Shown here piece by piece: positions 39,745 to 53,592 of a stretch of DNA of 64,000 nt; position 1 is the stretch's first letter, and every line of letters begins with the position of its first letter. The notes below the pieces were generated by a model that saw only the letters and a list, made by a program, of their open reading frames with translations, was not told where the DNA came from and did no database searches. Source of the stretch: Octopus bimaculoides (taxonomy: Eukaryota); NCBI RefSeq assembly GCF_001194135.2, contig NC_068984.1, forward strand, positions 115,950,925-116,014,924, written 5' to 3'. Made by a program: the position numbers and the translations under genes.

Positions 39745-40518
39745 CGTGTGCGTGCGTGCATGTGTAAAAGTGAATTAATTACACTTATTAATGGGAAGAC
39801 GCTTCTGTATTCGAAGGCTCGCGGATACATTCCATGGCAGGAAAAAAAACCTCTCATATTTTATTTGGCCATTGCTGAGGTGTTAATGAAGGCATACAAA
39901 TAGTAATTGTATATTCTTGTAACAAATGTATCGCTGTATAGCATGATAGATTATGTGTGATGACTTCAGGGAGATTTAGCTACGGTTTCTCGCATGTACC
40001 CACATGGAGCCTATCCCCACACTTCGTGTTGTCTAATTACAAGTACTGTAGAAAAGTGGTAAACTTCCTGTAAATCCAGTATGTGATACAAGTACGATTC
40101 ATGGTTGAGTTGCCATCTTTTCACAAGCATATTCCGCCCGATCGGTAATCAATATATACCAAGTTAGCCGTACTTTAAACACTACTGGCCGACCAAGTTC
40201 TGTGGGAGACTTTTCAACGCAGCTAGCCTTGCATTCGCTATGCGCTGAACCAACAATAAAAGTTCAGCTACACGGCAGGTGTCGAGAAGAAAACAATAAA
40301 AACAACAACGTTTACAATGACTGGTTAAGTTTTAGCAAGCTCTTATTAACAACGCTCTACAAATTCTTCAAAACCATAACGGTTTTAGATATAAGTATAC
40401 GATCACATACTTTGGTCGATATATCCGATCTTCGACGTCAGAGCTTGAGTTTATCAAAGCTGAAAAGATGAAGGAAGGAAAGAGACAATCGCAGAACTTG
40501 ATAATAAAGGGATGTGAC

Positions 40519-40590
<72 letters not shown>

Positions 40591-40659
40591 TAAAAATAAT
40601 AATAATAATAATAAATGCCCTGATGCAATAACAGGCAGTGACTCTGATGGCTTCTGATC

Positions 40660-41165
40660 TTAACTCATTCAAAGTGTTATCATGTACATTGTTTTGTCTT
40701 GGTATAAAATATGGGCTACAGCAAATATTATATGCTTATGATATGCTTGTCAGTTGTTTGACCTTAACCAGTTGAGCATGTCCCTTGGTGGCTGACGATA
40801 TGTGCATCTCTGATCATGAGCAGAAGTAGTAGGGAAGTATCATAGTCATGTGTGGAGAGAAATTCTTTGGGGTTTGAATAATTCACCTTTGGAAACATGG
40901 GTGTTTTGCTCAACATCCTTAAACAAACCTTATTCAGGGACCTTTTGAACGGAATGGGGTACTCGACCTGAAGAAAATTCTAACTGGGCTCCACCTGCGA
41001 GGTCATGCGCTGTTTATTTTGATATGAGATCACCATGTCGCGCACATATGGTTGTGATGCATGTGCCTGGTGTACCCTTATCAGACGGGTAGTCATGATG
41101 GGTATAATGGGCTTCCTATATTTGTACGCCAGTGTCACTTTGATGGCATGCACTGCTCTTTCACT
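40660..41165. mobile_element. Unclassified interspersed repeat between two (TAA)n tracts
   Basis: Non-coding and bounded by (TAA)n at 40520-40612 and 41168-41222. It resembles a common octopus repeat from recall only. Confidence 0.35.
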
Positions 41166-41166
41166 C

Positions 41167-41224
<58 letters not shown>

Positions 41225-41748
41225 TACATGGAACAAATAGGGCCGCGATAATAATCTTTTCAATTAAAAGCAGGAGGCCTGAAAATCTTTCTTTGGAGGG
41301 GGGGGGCTAGTGCTCAACTTGTACCTATCTAACTGATCCCGAAAAGATGAAAGGGAAGTAGATTATGGTGACACTTGTTGTTATCGTTATATGTGTCTCA
41401 TAATTTGTTGACAATGAGTTTGTTTAACGTCAGAAAGTTTTCACTTTCTCACGGTGTGAAATAAATACCTTCTGCGAATTGTATTTTGTGAGAGCGTTTT
41501 GACATAATGTAGCCATTTTGTCTATTTACGAGTGGTACAAAGAAAATATTTTTTTCTCAATATAAATCATTTTCCCTCACCAAACGAGGGAAAATGATGC
41601 AAACATTAAATAGAAAGCTTTTTTATGTAGTAATCCCATATAAAATGAATCCGTTTCACTTATATCCCACTCAGTTGTTCCGACTCCTGCAGAGATTAAA
41701 TTAACTCTCCTTGACAAAACGGAGAAAAACACAATAAAACACACACTC

Positions 41749-41789
<41 letters not shown>

Positions 41790-41947
41790 TGCACACACAC
41801 AACCACAAACCAACAACAAGAGGTTTTTCTCACAAGGAATATAATTTTGGAGTTGTGGAGGTTAGGGGAAGAGATTACATCAACTTCAGCACTCCACTGG
41901 CTCCTAATTTATCCGTTTAGACAATGCAACGACAACATCAATAATGA

Positions 41948-41991
<44 letters not shown>

Positions 41992-41992
41992 A

Positions 41993-42028
<36 letters not shown>

Positions 42029-42030
<2 letters not shown>

Positions 42031-42611
42031 GACAGAGCTGGGACCTATATACACTAGAAGCTATGCCAACACTATGGAATAACAACAGAAAAAAGATGGT
42101 ATAAACACACGCCAGAAAAGGTCACAGAAAACGAGAAAGCAACCATACTCTGGGATATGCCAATACACACAGATATAGAAATTAAGGCAAATAGACCAGA
42201 TATAGTTGTCAAAGATCATGAAGAAAAAAATGCTTTCTAATTGATGTATCAATACCAGCAGATGACAACGTCTCTCTGAAAGAAATGGAAAAACTTTCAA
42301 AATACAAAGACCTGGAAATAGAGGTAACTCGAATGTGGAATATAAAAACAGAAACAATTCCTATCATAGTAGGTGCCTTAAGTATAATAAAAAAATATTC
42401 AGACAAATACATAGCAAAAACACCAGGACTTACAAATATATATATAACATACAAAAAATTGCACTACTGGGCACTGCACACATACTACGCAAAACACTTT
42501 CAATACAGTAACCATAAGAGCATCACAGCAAACCACAGCACATACCCAAGGCGCACACCGCTGCGCTCGGTAGTGAAGTGAAAGCACGTTATAAAAATAA
42601 AACTACTGAAC
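42029..42611 (+). mobile_element. 5'-truncated RLE-type LINE (R4/Dong-like) 3' end
   Basis: HTPEKVTENEKATILWDMPIHTDIEIKANRPDIVVKD...CFLIDVSIPADDNVSLKEMEKLSKYKDL...IPIIVGAL is a PD-(D/E)xK restriction-like endonuclease. One stop and two frameshifts. (TAA)n on both sides. Confidence 0.85.
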
Positions 42612-42659
42612 AATAATAATACTAATACTACTACTACTACTAATAATAATAATAATAAT

Positions 42660-43170
42660 GGTGATGCTGGTCGCTCCCTTCGGTTTCGACGTATGAGTTA
42701 ATGAGAGTAGAGTCCAGGTATGGGTTTTGCTATGAGTCACAGTGGAAACATTTTGATTTTGCCTGGGATTGGGCAAGTGTGTCTGTTGGTTGCAAGATAT
42801 AGGTCTATTGTTTTTTGTCTTCTTGAACTCAAATTGTTTAGATGCGTGATACATTTTACGCCTTGCAGATCAATCTAGGCAATGACTTTCCCAAAGTGTC
42901 AAGTTAAGCTCTAGAGATTTTAGTGATTGATTCGACTAATCCTTGTATCTAAGGACAGATATTCCTTTGCCGCGATATCCTTCCACTTGTTGGCCATACA
43001 AAAGAATTTTTTGGAATGCGGTCATTGTTCATTCGGAAAGGTCCTGCTCATCTGCCCTGAATTTTCATCAGCATGCTTTGGATACTGGAGATACCACATT
43101 TTAGTAGGATTTTGACATTGGACATCTTATCTTGCCATTTCATGTTGCATAAGATGCGCAAACAGCACAT
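42660..43170 (-). mobile_element. Decayed RTE-clade LINE 3' fragment
   Basis: Minus strand CLRILCNMKWQDKMSNVKIL..., RMNNDRIPK, LYGQQVEG, LRYKD matches the RTE C-terminal pattern W-Q-D...R-M...R-I-P-K...L-Y-G...G...R-Y-K-D. Confidence 0.75.
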
Positions 43171-43884
43171 GTGGAGAGACGATAAAATTTATAATAGTAT
43201 GGTTGTTCGATAAACTATTGGGTCAACTCTCTCTCTCTCTTCCACTACATACATACATACATGCATACATAGACAGACAGACAGACACACACATATGTAT
43301 ACACACGTAAATGCATATATACTTATGCTTGTATACGTGTGTATAAAATTAATTAAAGTGATTTAGTGTCTAAGCGGACGTCCGTACCTTTCGGCTCATA
43401 TGCCTACCGAAGCTAACATATCATTTGCTTCTTTAAATAACCGCCTAGCGGCAATAAATCTCTTACTGTCCTCTCCGTGGCCAATATCGTTAACCTTTTA
43501 AATGCATGTATACGACCGAATGTATATGTGCGTAAGCTTTGGTGTGTGTGTGAATATTTATGTGTCTGTTTGTCTTTATATGTGAGTATGTATATCTTTC
43601 GGTGAAATCACAGCAATCGTCTCTCTAAATCTGTATGCCTCGCCAAAAAATATTGCGCCATTCTAAATACAAGCAAATTGTCTAGCTTGCTTAAAATTCT
43701 AATTTTCTTCATTTTTTTCCTTTATGGGTTTTATATTTCTCCAATATCATTTTATTTATAATTTTCTTACATCCTGTTTTAACTTTTTCCGTTACTCATA
43801 CATGCATACATACATACATACATACATGCATACATACATAAATACATACACACACATATATATGTTTATATATATACATTTATG

Positions 43885-43959
<75 letters not shown>

Positions 43960-44230
43960 GTCTGTCTGTCTGTCTGTCTAACTGTGTGGCTGTGTGTCTG
44001 TGTGTGTGTCTGTCTGTACAGCTTATCATATAATTCAATTTAAAAAAAATTCTTTTGATAACCACTCGGATGCCAATCCATTATTGTTAATAACTTCTTT
44101 AAGTTATAATTGTATATACGTACGTCGATACATACACACAAATGCACGTGCGTACACGCACACACACACATACATATATGTATATATATTTATATTTATA
44201 CATATATATTTATATACATATAAATATATG

Positions 44231-44264
<34 letters not shown>

Positions 44265-44751
44265 TACATACATATATATATATATATATANNNNNNNNNN
44301 NNNNNNNNNNNNNNNNNNNNNNNNNNNNNNNNNNNNNNNNNNNNNNNNNNNNNNNNNNNNNNNNNNNNNNNNNNNNNNNNNNNNNNNNNNNNNNNNNNNN
44401 NNNNNNNNNNNNNNNNNNNNNNNNNNNNNNNNNNNNNNNNNNNNNNNNNNNNNNNNNNNNNNNNNNNNNNNNNNNNNNNNNNNNNNNNNNNNNNNNNNNN
44501 NNNNNNNNNNNNNNNNNNNNNNNNNNNNNNNNNNNNNNNNNNNNNNNNNNNNNNNNNNNNNNNNNNNNNNNNNNNNNNNNNNNNNNNNNNNNNNNNNNNN
44601 NNNNNNNNNNNNNNNNNNNNNNNNNNNNNNNNNNNNNNNNNNNNNNNNNNNNNNNNNNNNNNNNNNNNNNNNNNNNNNNNNNNNNNNNNNNNNCACACAC
44701 ACACACACACACACAGACACACAGACACACACAGATACAAACAGACACACA

Positions 44752-44796
<45 letters not shown>

Positions 44797-44802
44797 GCAC
44801 AT

Positions 44803-45420
44803 AACAAAACAGTTAAGAAGACCTATATTGAATTGTGAAAGACAATTTAAAAATCGCTATGCCAACAACATAGCCTTTTTCCGACACAATGACAAAAGCA
44901 AATCTACTAACTTGGCTAGCTATGTATGGAGCTTGAAATTTAAGGAAACAGCACATATGATTAAATGGAAAATAGTTGATAAGTCTACACCTTATGTTAA
45001 TGGATCAAATAAATGTTGGCTGCCTTTAGCTGTAAGAGCTTAGATCTCTTTCACATCTAAGATCCTTAACTCTTTACTGAACTCTAGGTCTGAAAATTTC
45101 AGCAGTTGCAAACATATGCATAAAAATATTTTGAAGATTTGTAAAATACTGCCTATAATTGATTAACTTGATATCTAAGGAGGATAACTCTATTACCTGT
45201 TTTATTTTTTACATTTTAGCTTTCATTTTTTCGTTTTCCATTTTCCGTCTTTTTTACCCTTCCACGTTTTCTGTGCTGCCTTGTCAGGTTTTCGTGTTTC
45301 TTCTCATTCGTTTGTTTTTAGTTCGTTATGACATATGGTTTGCGCCTGATGAATATGTTTGAGTTATTTCTCAACGTATGAAACTATTTGTAGCACTTAA
45401 AGACATGTAATGTGTCCTTT
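44803..45420 (+). mobile_element. Penelope-like element 3' fragment (GIY-YIG C-terminal half plus 3' repeat)
   Basis: ERQFKNRYANNIAFFRH...TNLASYVWSLK...IKWKIV...CWL..., LLNSRSENFSSCKH is the typical PLE endonuclease tail. Confidence 0.8.
45341..45395 (+). ncRNA. Degenerate hammerhead ribozyme motif in the PLE 3' region
   Basis: TGCGC-CTGATGA-[ATATGTTTGAG/CTCAACGTAT stem II]-GAAAC-TATTT-GTAGCA. The cleavage triplet and stem I are imperfect. Confidence 0.45.
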
Positions 45421-45935
45421 AAATAAATAATATAGTTATCTCTCACCGGATGGAATACGTTTTTTGTTGATTACGTCGGTTACTTTTCTAATATTCTGTG
45501 GCAAAATTAAGAAAAGTGTCTGTGTGTGCGTGTGTTCGTATATATATAAAAATATATATATATATATATATGTATATANNNNNNNNNNNNNNNNNNNNNN
45601 NNNNNNNNNNNNNNNNNNNNNNNNNNNNNNNNNNNNNNNNNNNNNNNNNNNNNNNNNNNNNNNNNNNNNNNNNNNNNNNNNNNNNNNNNNNNNNNNNNNN
45701 NNNNNNNNNNNNNNNNNNNNNNNNNATCTATCTATCTATACCCCCATATATATATCAAGTTAAACTGTCGTATGCCCAAATTTGGCCAAATGCTTCAGAT
45801 TCCAAACTATCAAAGATTGTCAATGCATAGTGCAACGGTTTTGCAATGGAATGGTGAAACTATTCTTTCGTTTTCTGAAAAAGTAACGTTTTGGACTTAC
45901 GACACTTTTCCATAATAGAAACGTTGCACACACAC

Positions 45936-45975
<40 letters not shown>

Positions 45976-48149
45976 CAAATGAAAGACAAGATAGAATATA
46001 TGAGAATTTATTATTAATCACGACCACTCTGAAAGTGACCGTGCCTTGGAAATAGCTCAAAATACACAACTCCATTGTAATCCAACCAAATCGACAGCAT
46101 CTTTTGATGCAATTCAGCTTTCGATATGGTTTGTGCTGGAACAAATAAGCCTCATTTCTCGGTTTCTTAAAAATATTTGTCGTATTATTGATAGAATCCT
46201 GTTATATGTGCTAAAACCTACAATATAGACAAACAAGCAACCTATCTGATTTGAGTAGATATATTACATGTTCATTCAACTTACTTTGGAAACTGTTTTG
46301 CTCTTTAGAGAACTTCAGTTGTATGGATTTTATGGCTTATATAATAACATTACCACGAGAACCAGAAATGAAATCAAAAGTGTGAGCTTGACACAGCTGT
46401 TTCCGGACGTGTCATGCGCAAAGGATTTTCAATGAAAGAACATAAGGATAAGCGTTTTCTTCAAACGTTCATTATACATTTCAAAAAATATTCAAACTGG
46501 ATATTCGAAAGAAACCCAGGCTCAGTTCAGTTTCCCAGCTGATGATATGCACCCTCCTCACACACGCAAGCACGTACTTATTTCAAATTTTCTTTCAATT
46601 CCTTCAAGAGCAACTGTTTATCCGTTACGTATCGGACAATTTTACATTTTCTAAATTTTATTTTCAGCTTTTAATTTGATAAACGCTTATAATTAACAAT
46701 GATATATCGTTATCTTTTATTGTTTCAGTATCCGTTTCATATATTTATTTCAATATATTTACGATATTTATAATTTGGTACAATGTGGCAATGCAAAATA
46801 TCCTCCAGTAAAAACATACATGGCACGTAAAAAACTCAACAGTTCTTCGTCTTAACTTAGCTCAAAGGAAAATGTTTGAACAACTAATAAATAGAAGAAC
46901 AGAGCGGCAATGAATGTTTACGCAATAAAATAATACAAGCAACAAAAGTTGTTTAAAAGCATAAGATAGTTTGAAGAAACAGCGATACGAGTGAATGTTC
47001 CAGTTATCATGCAAAACGTTTGGTTAAAAGAAGTGATTGGAGAAATAATTCTGATATATTACTTGTATTGTGGTTATAAATATATGGTACTACCACCTTT
47101 TCCCGATTGACCCCCCCCCATAGCTGAAAGAAATTTTATCTTTGATCAGTGCAAAGGGGGAGTGGATTTGAGATCTCGCATTCAGTTTTATAAATCATAT
47201 ACCACCACTTGTTACAAGCATTAAGGAGTCTTATAACTCATATATCATCAGTACTCACAATCACTGAGGAAGGCAATTCAAATACCACCCGTGTGCACAT
47301 CCGAAACAGATAAAGATAAATATTTTTTTATCGACTAGCTTAAACATCAATTTCTCCTGTAAAAGAACCGGGGTCTGTTTAAGTATTAATCTATGATGTA
47401 CCATATCAACTGGATACGAGAATGTGAATGTCCCAAAATGTCGATAGAGATATCATGGGACATCAATGTTTTTGCGAGATAGCGAAATTTCAGCTCTGTT
47501 TAATAATAATGAACAATAAGGCTTCGATACATTTTCAAGAGTTTCCAAAGTTTATTCTTGAATATAAACAGGTTCTTAGACTTGGTAACTGAAGATCCAG
47601 TCTCCGTACTGCTGTAGATGTTGCAGTTTTTTATGCCAGGTACTCATTTCAAAATACTACAGGTTCCGTAGGCTATGACGTGTCAAGGATGGAGATGGAA
47701 AGCAGTAACTTGCAAACCAAGAAAGGGCAATTGATGCGTTTACGTTTGCAGACATCAACATGCAGTGAATACTCATCATATACGAAACACTGTCACACAA
47801 GCAAACGCGTACACAAATACACATATATGTTTATGTATCAGTGTGTGTGTATGTCTCTATACATATGTGTGTATCTGTTATGTCTCAACGCTACACAGTG
47901 ACTGTGTGAGCTACAAAATCCTCGTCGCCACTGTTATGTCTTAAGCTACTGCTATCTAGTACCTTCGGATGATCTCTACTCAACCGCTACACAACCGCTA
48001 CACGACCGCTACTCAACTGCTACTCAACACACCTACCACGGCCAGAATACCTCTATTTATATGTCTTGGGAGATCCTACTTCTTCGCTTGGGGGCGTCGA
48101 CACAACAGTATTCATATGTCTATAAGCGTCTAGTACGTAAATGGGTATG

Positions 48150-48187
<38 letters not shown>

Positions 48188-48373
48188 AACACACACGCGC
48201 GCGCACACACACACACATACATATACATATACATATACATATATACCTCCCTAGTATTAGAAAGACCACCAGCCTTATTAAAAATAACTCATTATTTGTT
48301 TATAGCGAAATAACGAAAATCAAATTTAAAAAAAAATAAAGATTTGTCACCGTTTATAGACTTACCATTTGAA

Positions 48374-48375
<2 letters not shown>

Positions 48376-48467
<92 letters not shown>
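48376..48467. repeat. (CA)n microsatellite
   Basis: Read directly from the sequence. Confidence 0.95.
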
Positions 48468-48470
<3 letters not shown>

Positions 48471-49628
48471 TGATATATATACATGTATACATGCATACAT
48501 ATATATGTATACACACACATACAGAAACACACACACATGCATATATATATGTATACAGACATGAGCGGGTGTTTCTAATGAATTTTTTATACATGCTTAA
48601 GGAAGAAATACTACCGTACAGGTCTATCTCTACCTCTCTCTCTCTCTCCCACTCTCTCTTGCTGCCTTTCTTTCTCACTGCTTTCCTCTCTCGCTGTCTC
48701 TCACTCCCTCTCTCCTTCTCCCTCTATTGATATGGGTTTAATAACAGCAATGGCCATTAACAGTTCAGATCTTTTGTTAATGCTTTTCTCTTTCCACCAT
48801 AAAAATACTGTTATATCAGTTGTTTCTTAAGTGGAGCTGTCTACTGTTTATATACAGCATATTTCTAACGTTCTGTTCAGAGACATTATATCATCAACTG
48901 ACAGGCCGTTTGCTTTATACAACAGGTAGTATGTAAATATGTAAATATCTAAATATGCATATCTTCGTATGGAAGCAACAAATACTTAATTCATACACAT
49001 TATCGAGGGCCTATTTACCTATACATCATTCTTTTGGTCCGTTTGAATTAATTCTCCGTTTATCCAATCCCTCACCCGTCTTTTATTAACAAATTTCATT
49101 TTAGATAATTTAGTCATCCATAGCTACAAACAGATGGAATATTCAGGGATGGAATGCCTCTGATCATAGATAGACCTCTTCAAACAGCTCTAACTTTTTC
49201 TAAGCGTCAGGAACAAAAACATAGGTTCATTTCGTAGATTTGCCATAGACAGGTGGCTGCTTACTTATTTGTAGTTTTTGTGTAAATATATTTCAAGCCG
49301 GTTCAGAGACAGCCACCGATTTATGTATGTATGTATGTATGTATGTATGTATGTATGTATGTATGTATGTATGTATGTATGTATGTATGTAGGTAGGTAG
49401 GTACTTATGTATGCATGTATGTATGTGTGTATGTATGTATTTATGCCTGTATGTATATAAACATGTACAAACATATATACATATATATATACATATATAT
49501 ATTCATATATATATATATATTCATACATATATATACGTATGCATATACATATTCATATATATACCTACATACACACACATATATGTATACGTCTGTATAT
49601 GTATGTATGTGTGTATATATATATATAA

Positions 49629-49671
<43 letters not shown>

Positions 49672-49676
<5 letters not shown>

Positions 49677-51325
49677 ATTTTATCAGTTTCAGCTCAAAGC
49701 TGTGGCCACGCTGGGGCACCGTCGTTTTGCTAGAATTTTATTATTGAGAGCCTCCTCTGATATGTGTCACTTGGTGAATAAGGGAGTTTGATGTGCTACC
49801 ATCATTTGCACCTCCTGCCGCGCGGTAGGTTCATTTGGGACTCTGAACGGGAAGAGATCCAGTTTTGATTTGAGAACACCTACATCCACTTCGTGTAAGT
49901 CCCTCAGGCTCTTTGGGAGAATATTAAAAGGTTATGAGCCCCTGAAGCCTAGGGTGTTACAATAACTGGTCCTGAAGCGCGATGGCATTAGTGGGATCTT
50001 TCACACTGTGCAGTGTCGACCAGTCCTGGCATTTGTGTAGCTTTCAATGCGAAAATTTAGCACAATCCCTTCCAAGATCTCCCAGATGTATATTAATGAA
50101 TGTCTCTCCCGCCTCCGCTCCAGGGAGTAGAGTCTTATCTGTTTTAGCCTTTCCCAGTCGCTGAGATGTTGCAATGCGACGATCTTCTTTGTGAAGCTTC
50201 ACTGTTACTTTTACACTGTGGGGTGACCATAGCTGGGAGCAGCAGCCCAGGCGGCTGAGGACAAATGTCCTCCAGAGTACCATCATGGTTTCCTTCTCTC
50301 TGGTTCTGAAGGTTCACAGGATCCAGCCAGCTAGCCGTCTGCACTTTGTCACCATCTTGGTAATGTGTACTTGGAAAGAGGTATCATTACTAATGTCGAT
50401 ACCCAGGTCCTGCACTGATTTAGGTTCTAGGATTGTAATCCCCGGTGGTCCAGTGTATCCTGTATGTTTTACGTTCAGTTTTGGGTGCTGATAGTGCAGG
50501 GCTTGGAACTTTCCAGCCTTAAACTGCATACATATTATTGTCCTCAGCCCATCTGTAAATTGAGTCCAACTCCTGCTGCAAGCGTGCAACATCGCTAGGG
50601 TTTTGTATTTTCTGCGAGACTTTCGTATCGTCTCCGTAGCCAGCAAGGGTGGCTATCTGGGTATATCTGAGGGCAGCTGAGGGCATATCTGAGAGGGCCA
50701 CTATGAAAAGCAGTGGTCTCAAGATAGTGCCCTCTGAACACCACCCACTATTTGTGTTTTGTTTGAGGTGACCACCATTGCCTGACTTTTATCTTTCAGA
50801 AATCATGTAACCACTCTCCAGCTATGCTAAGATCACACAGTTTGTGGCATATCATACTATGATCAACTTTATCAAAAGCTTCTGCAAAGTCAAGGTATCG
50901 AGTAACTGCCTTAACACCCAGTCATTGAGCTATAGGAGTAGGGTCAGGCAGCTCCTACCTGATCGAAAACCATGCTGGGTATCACTCAGCAAGTCGTTTT
51001 CTTCAAGGAATGTGATTAATTTCCATCTGACTATTCGTTCCATGACTTTGGTGATATGTGAAGTCAGAGAGATAGGCCTATAATTTTTTGCACCTGCTCT
51101 GCTTCCTCCTTTATGGATTGGGCATACTATTCCCTCTTTCAGTTTGCTAGGCAGCCTGCCATTTGCAAGAAAGCTCTGGACAAGAATCTGTAGTGGTTTC
51201 GCCAGGGCACGTTTACAGGATTTGAGGAGGACTGCTGGGAAACTGATGTAATTCATCGTAACTGCCTCGCTGGTTATAGGTGAGACGGCAAAGGAATCCA
51301 TCGGTTTGTTTACTTGTCTGTGTTC
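49672..51325 (-). mobile_element. Decayed CR1-group LINE (reverse transcriptase to 3' end)
   Basis: NYRPISLTSHITKVMERIV, QHGFRSGRSCLT, RPLLFIVALSDMP, YGDDTKV, DLGIDIS. 3' end is a (TAAAA)-like tail near 49672. Confidence 0.9.
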
Positions 51326-51823
51326 CAACACACACACACACACACACACACACACGTATGTGTGTGTGTGTGTGTGTGTGTATGTGAATGTGTAATAAAC
51401 TGCCTGAAAGGTAACATCTGTTATGGTTACAACATCTAAAGTACTTTTAAGAAATAATCTCTATAAATTCATTAAAAGCATTAATATCCTTATAATACGT
51501 TATCAGACACTGATATTTCCTATTACATTTGTATTTTATCTTTTGAGGCATGTTCCTTGTCCCCCGTTACCAGTAAGATTTCCTGAATCTATTGTTAAAC
51601 CTTATTTTCCGTTACTTTTTCTACACTTCAAAGAGGCTATTCTATCAATCAAACTAACTTCCTAACCAGGTAGTTTGTTTGGTAGGGAGGTAGACAAGTA
51701 GTTCTTTTGGTAGGTAGGTATGTAGTCAAATAGTTAGCTACGTACGTAGTTAGCAAATTTGAAACCTTTAGAGCTGTTTAGTTAGATAAATAGTTATTTT
51801 ATTGAAACATAGTTATTTAATCG

Positions 51824-51971
51824 GTGGAACTTGAAGTAGACAAAGCTATAAATAACTGTGTAGAATATTAGGTTAATAAGAACCCTTGGATGAAAAAAAA
51901 TCAAAGGCTGCCCAGTGGGACCCAATATTCTGCATACTATTATTTATAGCTTTATCTACTTCGAATTCCAC
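51824..51971. mobile_element. 148-bp foldback / MITE-like element with ~50-bp inverted arms
   Basis: GTGGAACTTGAAGTAGACAAAGCTATAAATAACTGTGTAGAATATTAGGT versus the reverse complement of the right arm, GTGGAATTCGAAGTAGATAAAGCTATAAATAATAGTATGCAGAATATTGGGT. Confidence 0.75.
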
Positions 51972-52081
51972 TATTAAAAATGATGCTTTTCATATCTTTC
52001 GAAGTCTCTAAATTCCTATAGTGTAAACATCTTACGATTCTTACAGGTAAGGACAAAGCTTATTAAGTGGATAGAGGATAT

Positions 52082-52226
52082 TCTGCTTCCTCCTTTATGG
52101 ATTGGGCATATTATTCCTCTTTCAGTTTGCTAGGCAGCCTGTCATTTGCAAGAAAGCTCTGGAAGAGAATCTGTAGTGGTTTCGCCAGAGCACGTTTACA
52201 GGATTTGAGGAGGACTGCTAGGAAAC
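52082..52226 (-). mobile_element. Isolated internal copy of the CR1 segment at 51098-51243
   Basis: About 7 differences in 146 bp by manual comparison; same orientation. Confidence 0.9.
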
Positions 52227-52273
52227 CATCAGAGCCAGCAGTTGAGCCTGCGTCCACATACATACAATGTATG

Positions 52274-52307
<34 letters not shown>

Positions 52308-53484
52308 TGTATGTATGTATGTATGTTCTATCGTGATTCCAGAAGACCTGGGTTTGCGTCCTACAAGTATCCATTTTTCCACCCTTTTTTTATATTAGCC
52401 CAATATTGCTCGAACTATTATCTATAGTTATATCTCTTAGTTCCACCTAAATAATTCACTTCATATCTCTCGAATGTTCTGATTTCTTACATTGCAATTT
52501 TGTTTGTTACTCTATTTAAGCCAGTAAAGTTATTTCTGAGTAACATAACACGTGATACTCCTGATTTTTTAATGTTATGTTTATGTTATAAAAACAGAAC
52601 GTTTAGATGAATTTAAATTAATTTTGTATTGCCATTATACAATTATGGAATTTATGTTGTTTACCCTTATGAAATAGCTGTTGAGCACATTAAAGTATGA
52701 ATTATATGTGAAATTCTCGTTTTTCTGCTGTTAAATATGTTGCGTTTAATCACTATTATTTGCGATCATGTAATTACGTGCAAGTGAGTCTCCCTTAGAT
52801 TTCTTGCAATGTAAATAACGTTTTGGAATTTAATGACCTACAATTAACTGAGCTCTTAATAACCGCAAATCGTACTCATTTTTTCGATGTTTATTCATTC
52901 TTTCTCTATATAGTTATTCTAACTATGCATCGCGGGTATAGAGCAGGTCAAATGACCACGTTGAAACTCGTTCTTTGCTCATCATATAACTAGTTAGATC
53001 AGAATTTCCTAATCTTTCTTTTACTTTCCAGTAACCCTTGAAATACATTCCATGTCTTGTGGGGCAGAACTACGCAAAGCTTACTATATATCATTAATAA
53101 TCGTTTTCTTTCTTGTTTGTATAGTTATGGGATTTTGTTAAATTTTTTCCAACCACTTGAAATTTCCTTGTTTCCGTTGATTTCCACGAGAACACATAGT
53201 TACAACTTGTGATATGCTGGCGAAGGACATTTACGATTGGCTAAAAATATATAACTTTACATGATTGTAACTTCACTATTAATTGTTTCTAGGAAAAATG
53301 AATACGATTTTCATCCTCAGTATGCAAAAATACTTCGGAACTATTTGTTTTTAAAATAATCTGATCGAAATTTGAAGAACTTTATGTGGTTGACCCTTGT
53401 TATATTGCATAAGACATTGAACAAGTTATAAACTATCTTTAAAAGTTTTGGTGGTGATATATCTATCTGAAACCACGGAATGTG

Positions 53485-53592
53485 TTTAAGTCTGTTTGAA
53501 CCAGGACAATATTTAAATAGTTTAAGTCCGTCTGAACTAGGACAATATTTAAATAGTTTAAGTCCGTCTGAACCAGGACAATATTTAAATAA
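53485..53592. repeat. 36-bp tandem repeat x3
   Basis: TTTAAGTCCGTCTGAACCAGGACAATATTTAAATAG at 53485, 53521 and 53557. Confidence 0.95.

Noticed and set aside
48858-48925. Candidate small exons at 48858-48925 and 58087-58119 that could follow the phase-0 donor at 22352
   Set aside because: Weak donors (GTAGTA, GTGATA) and unrecognisable peptides; cannot be separated from chance without RNA data.
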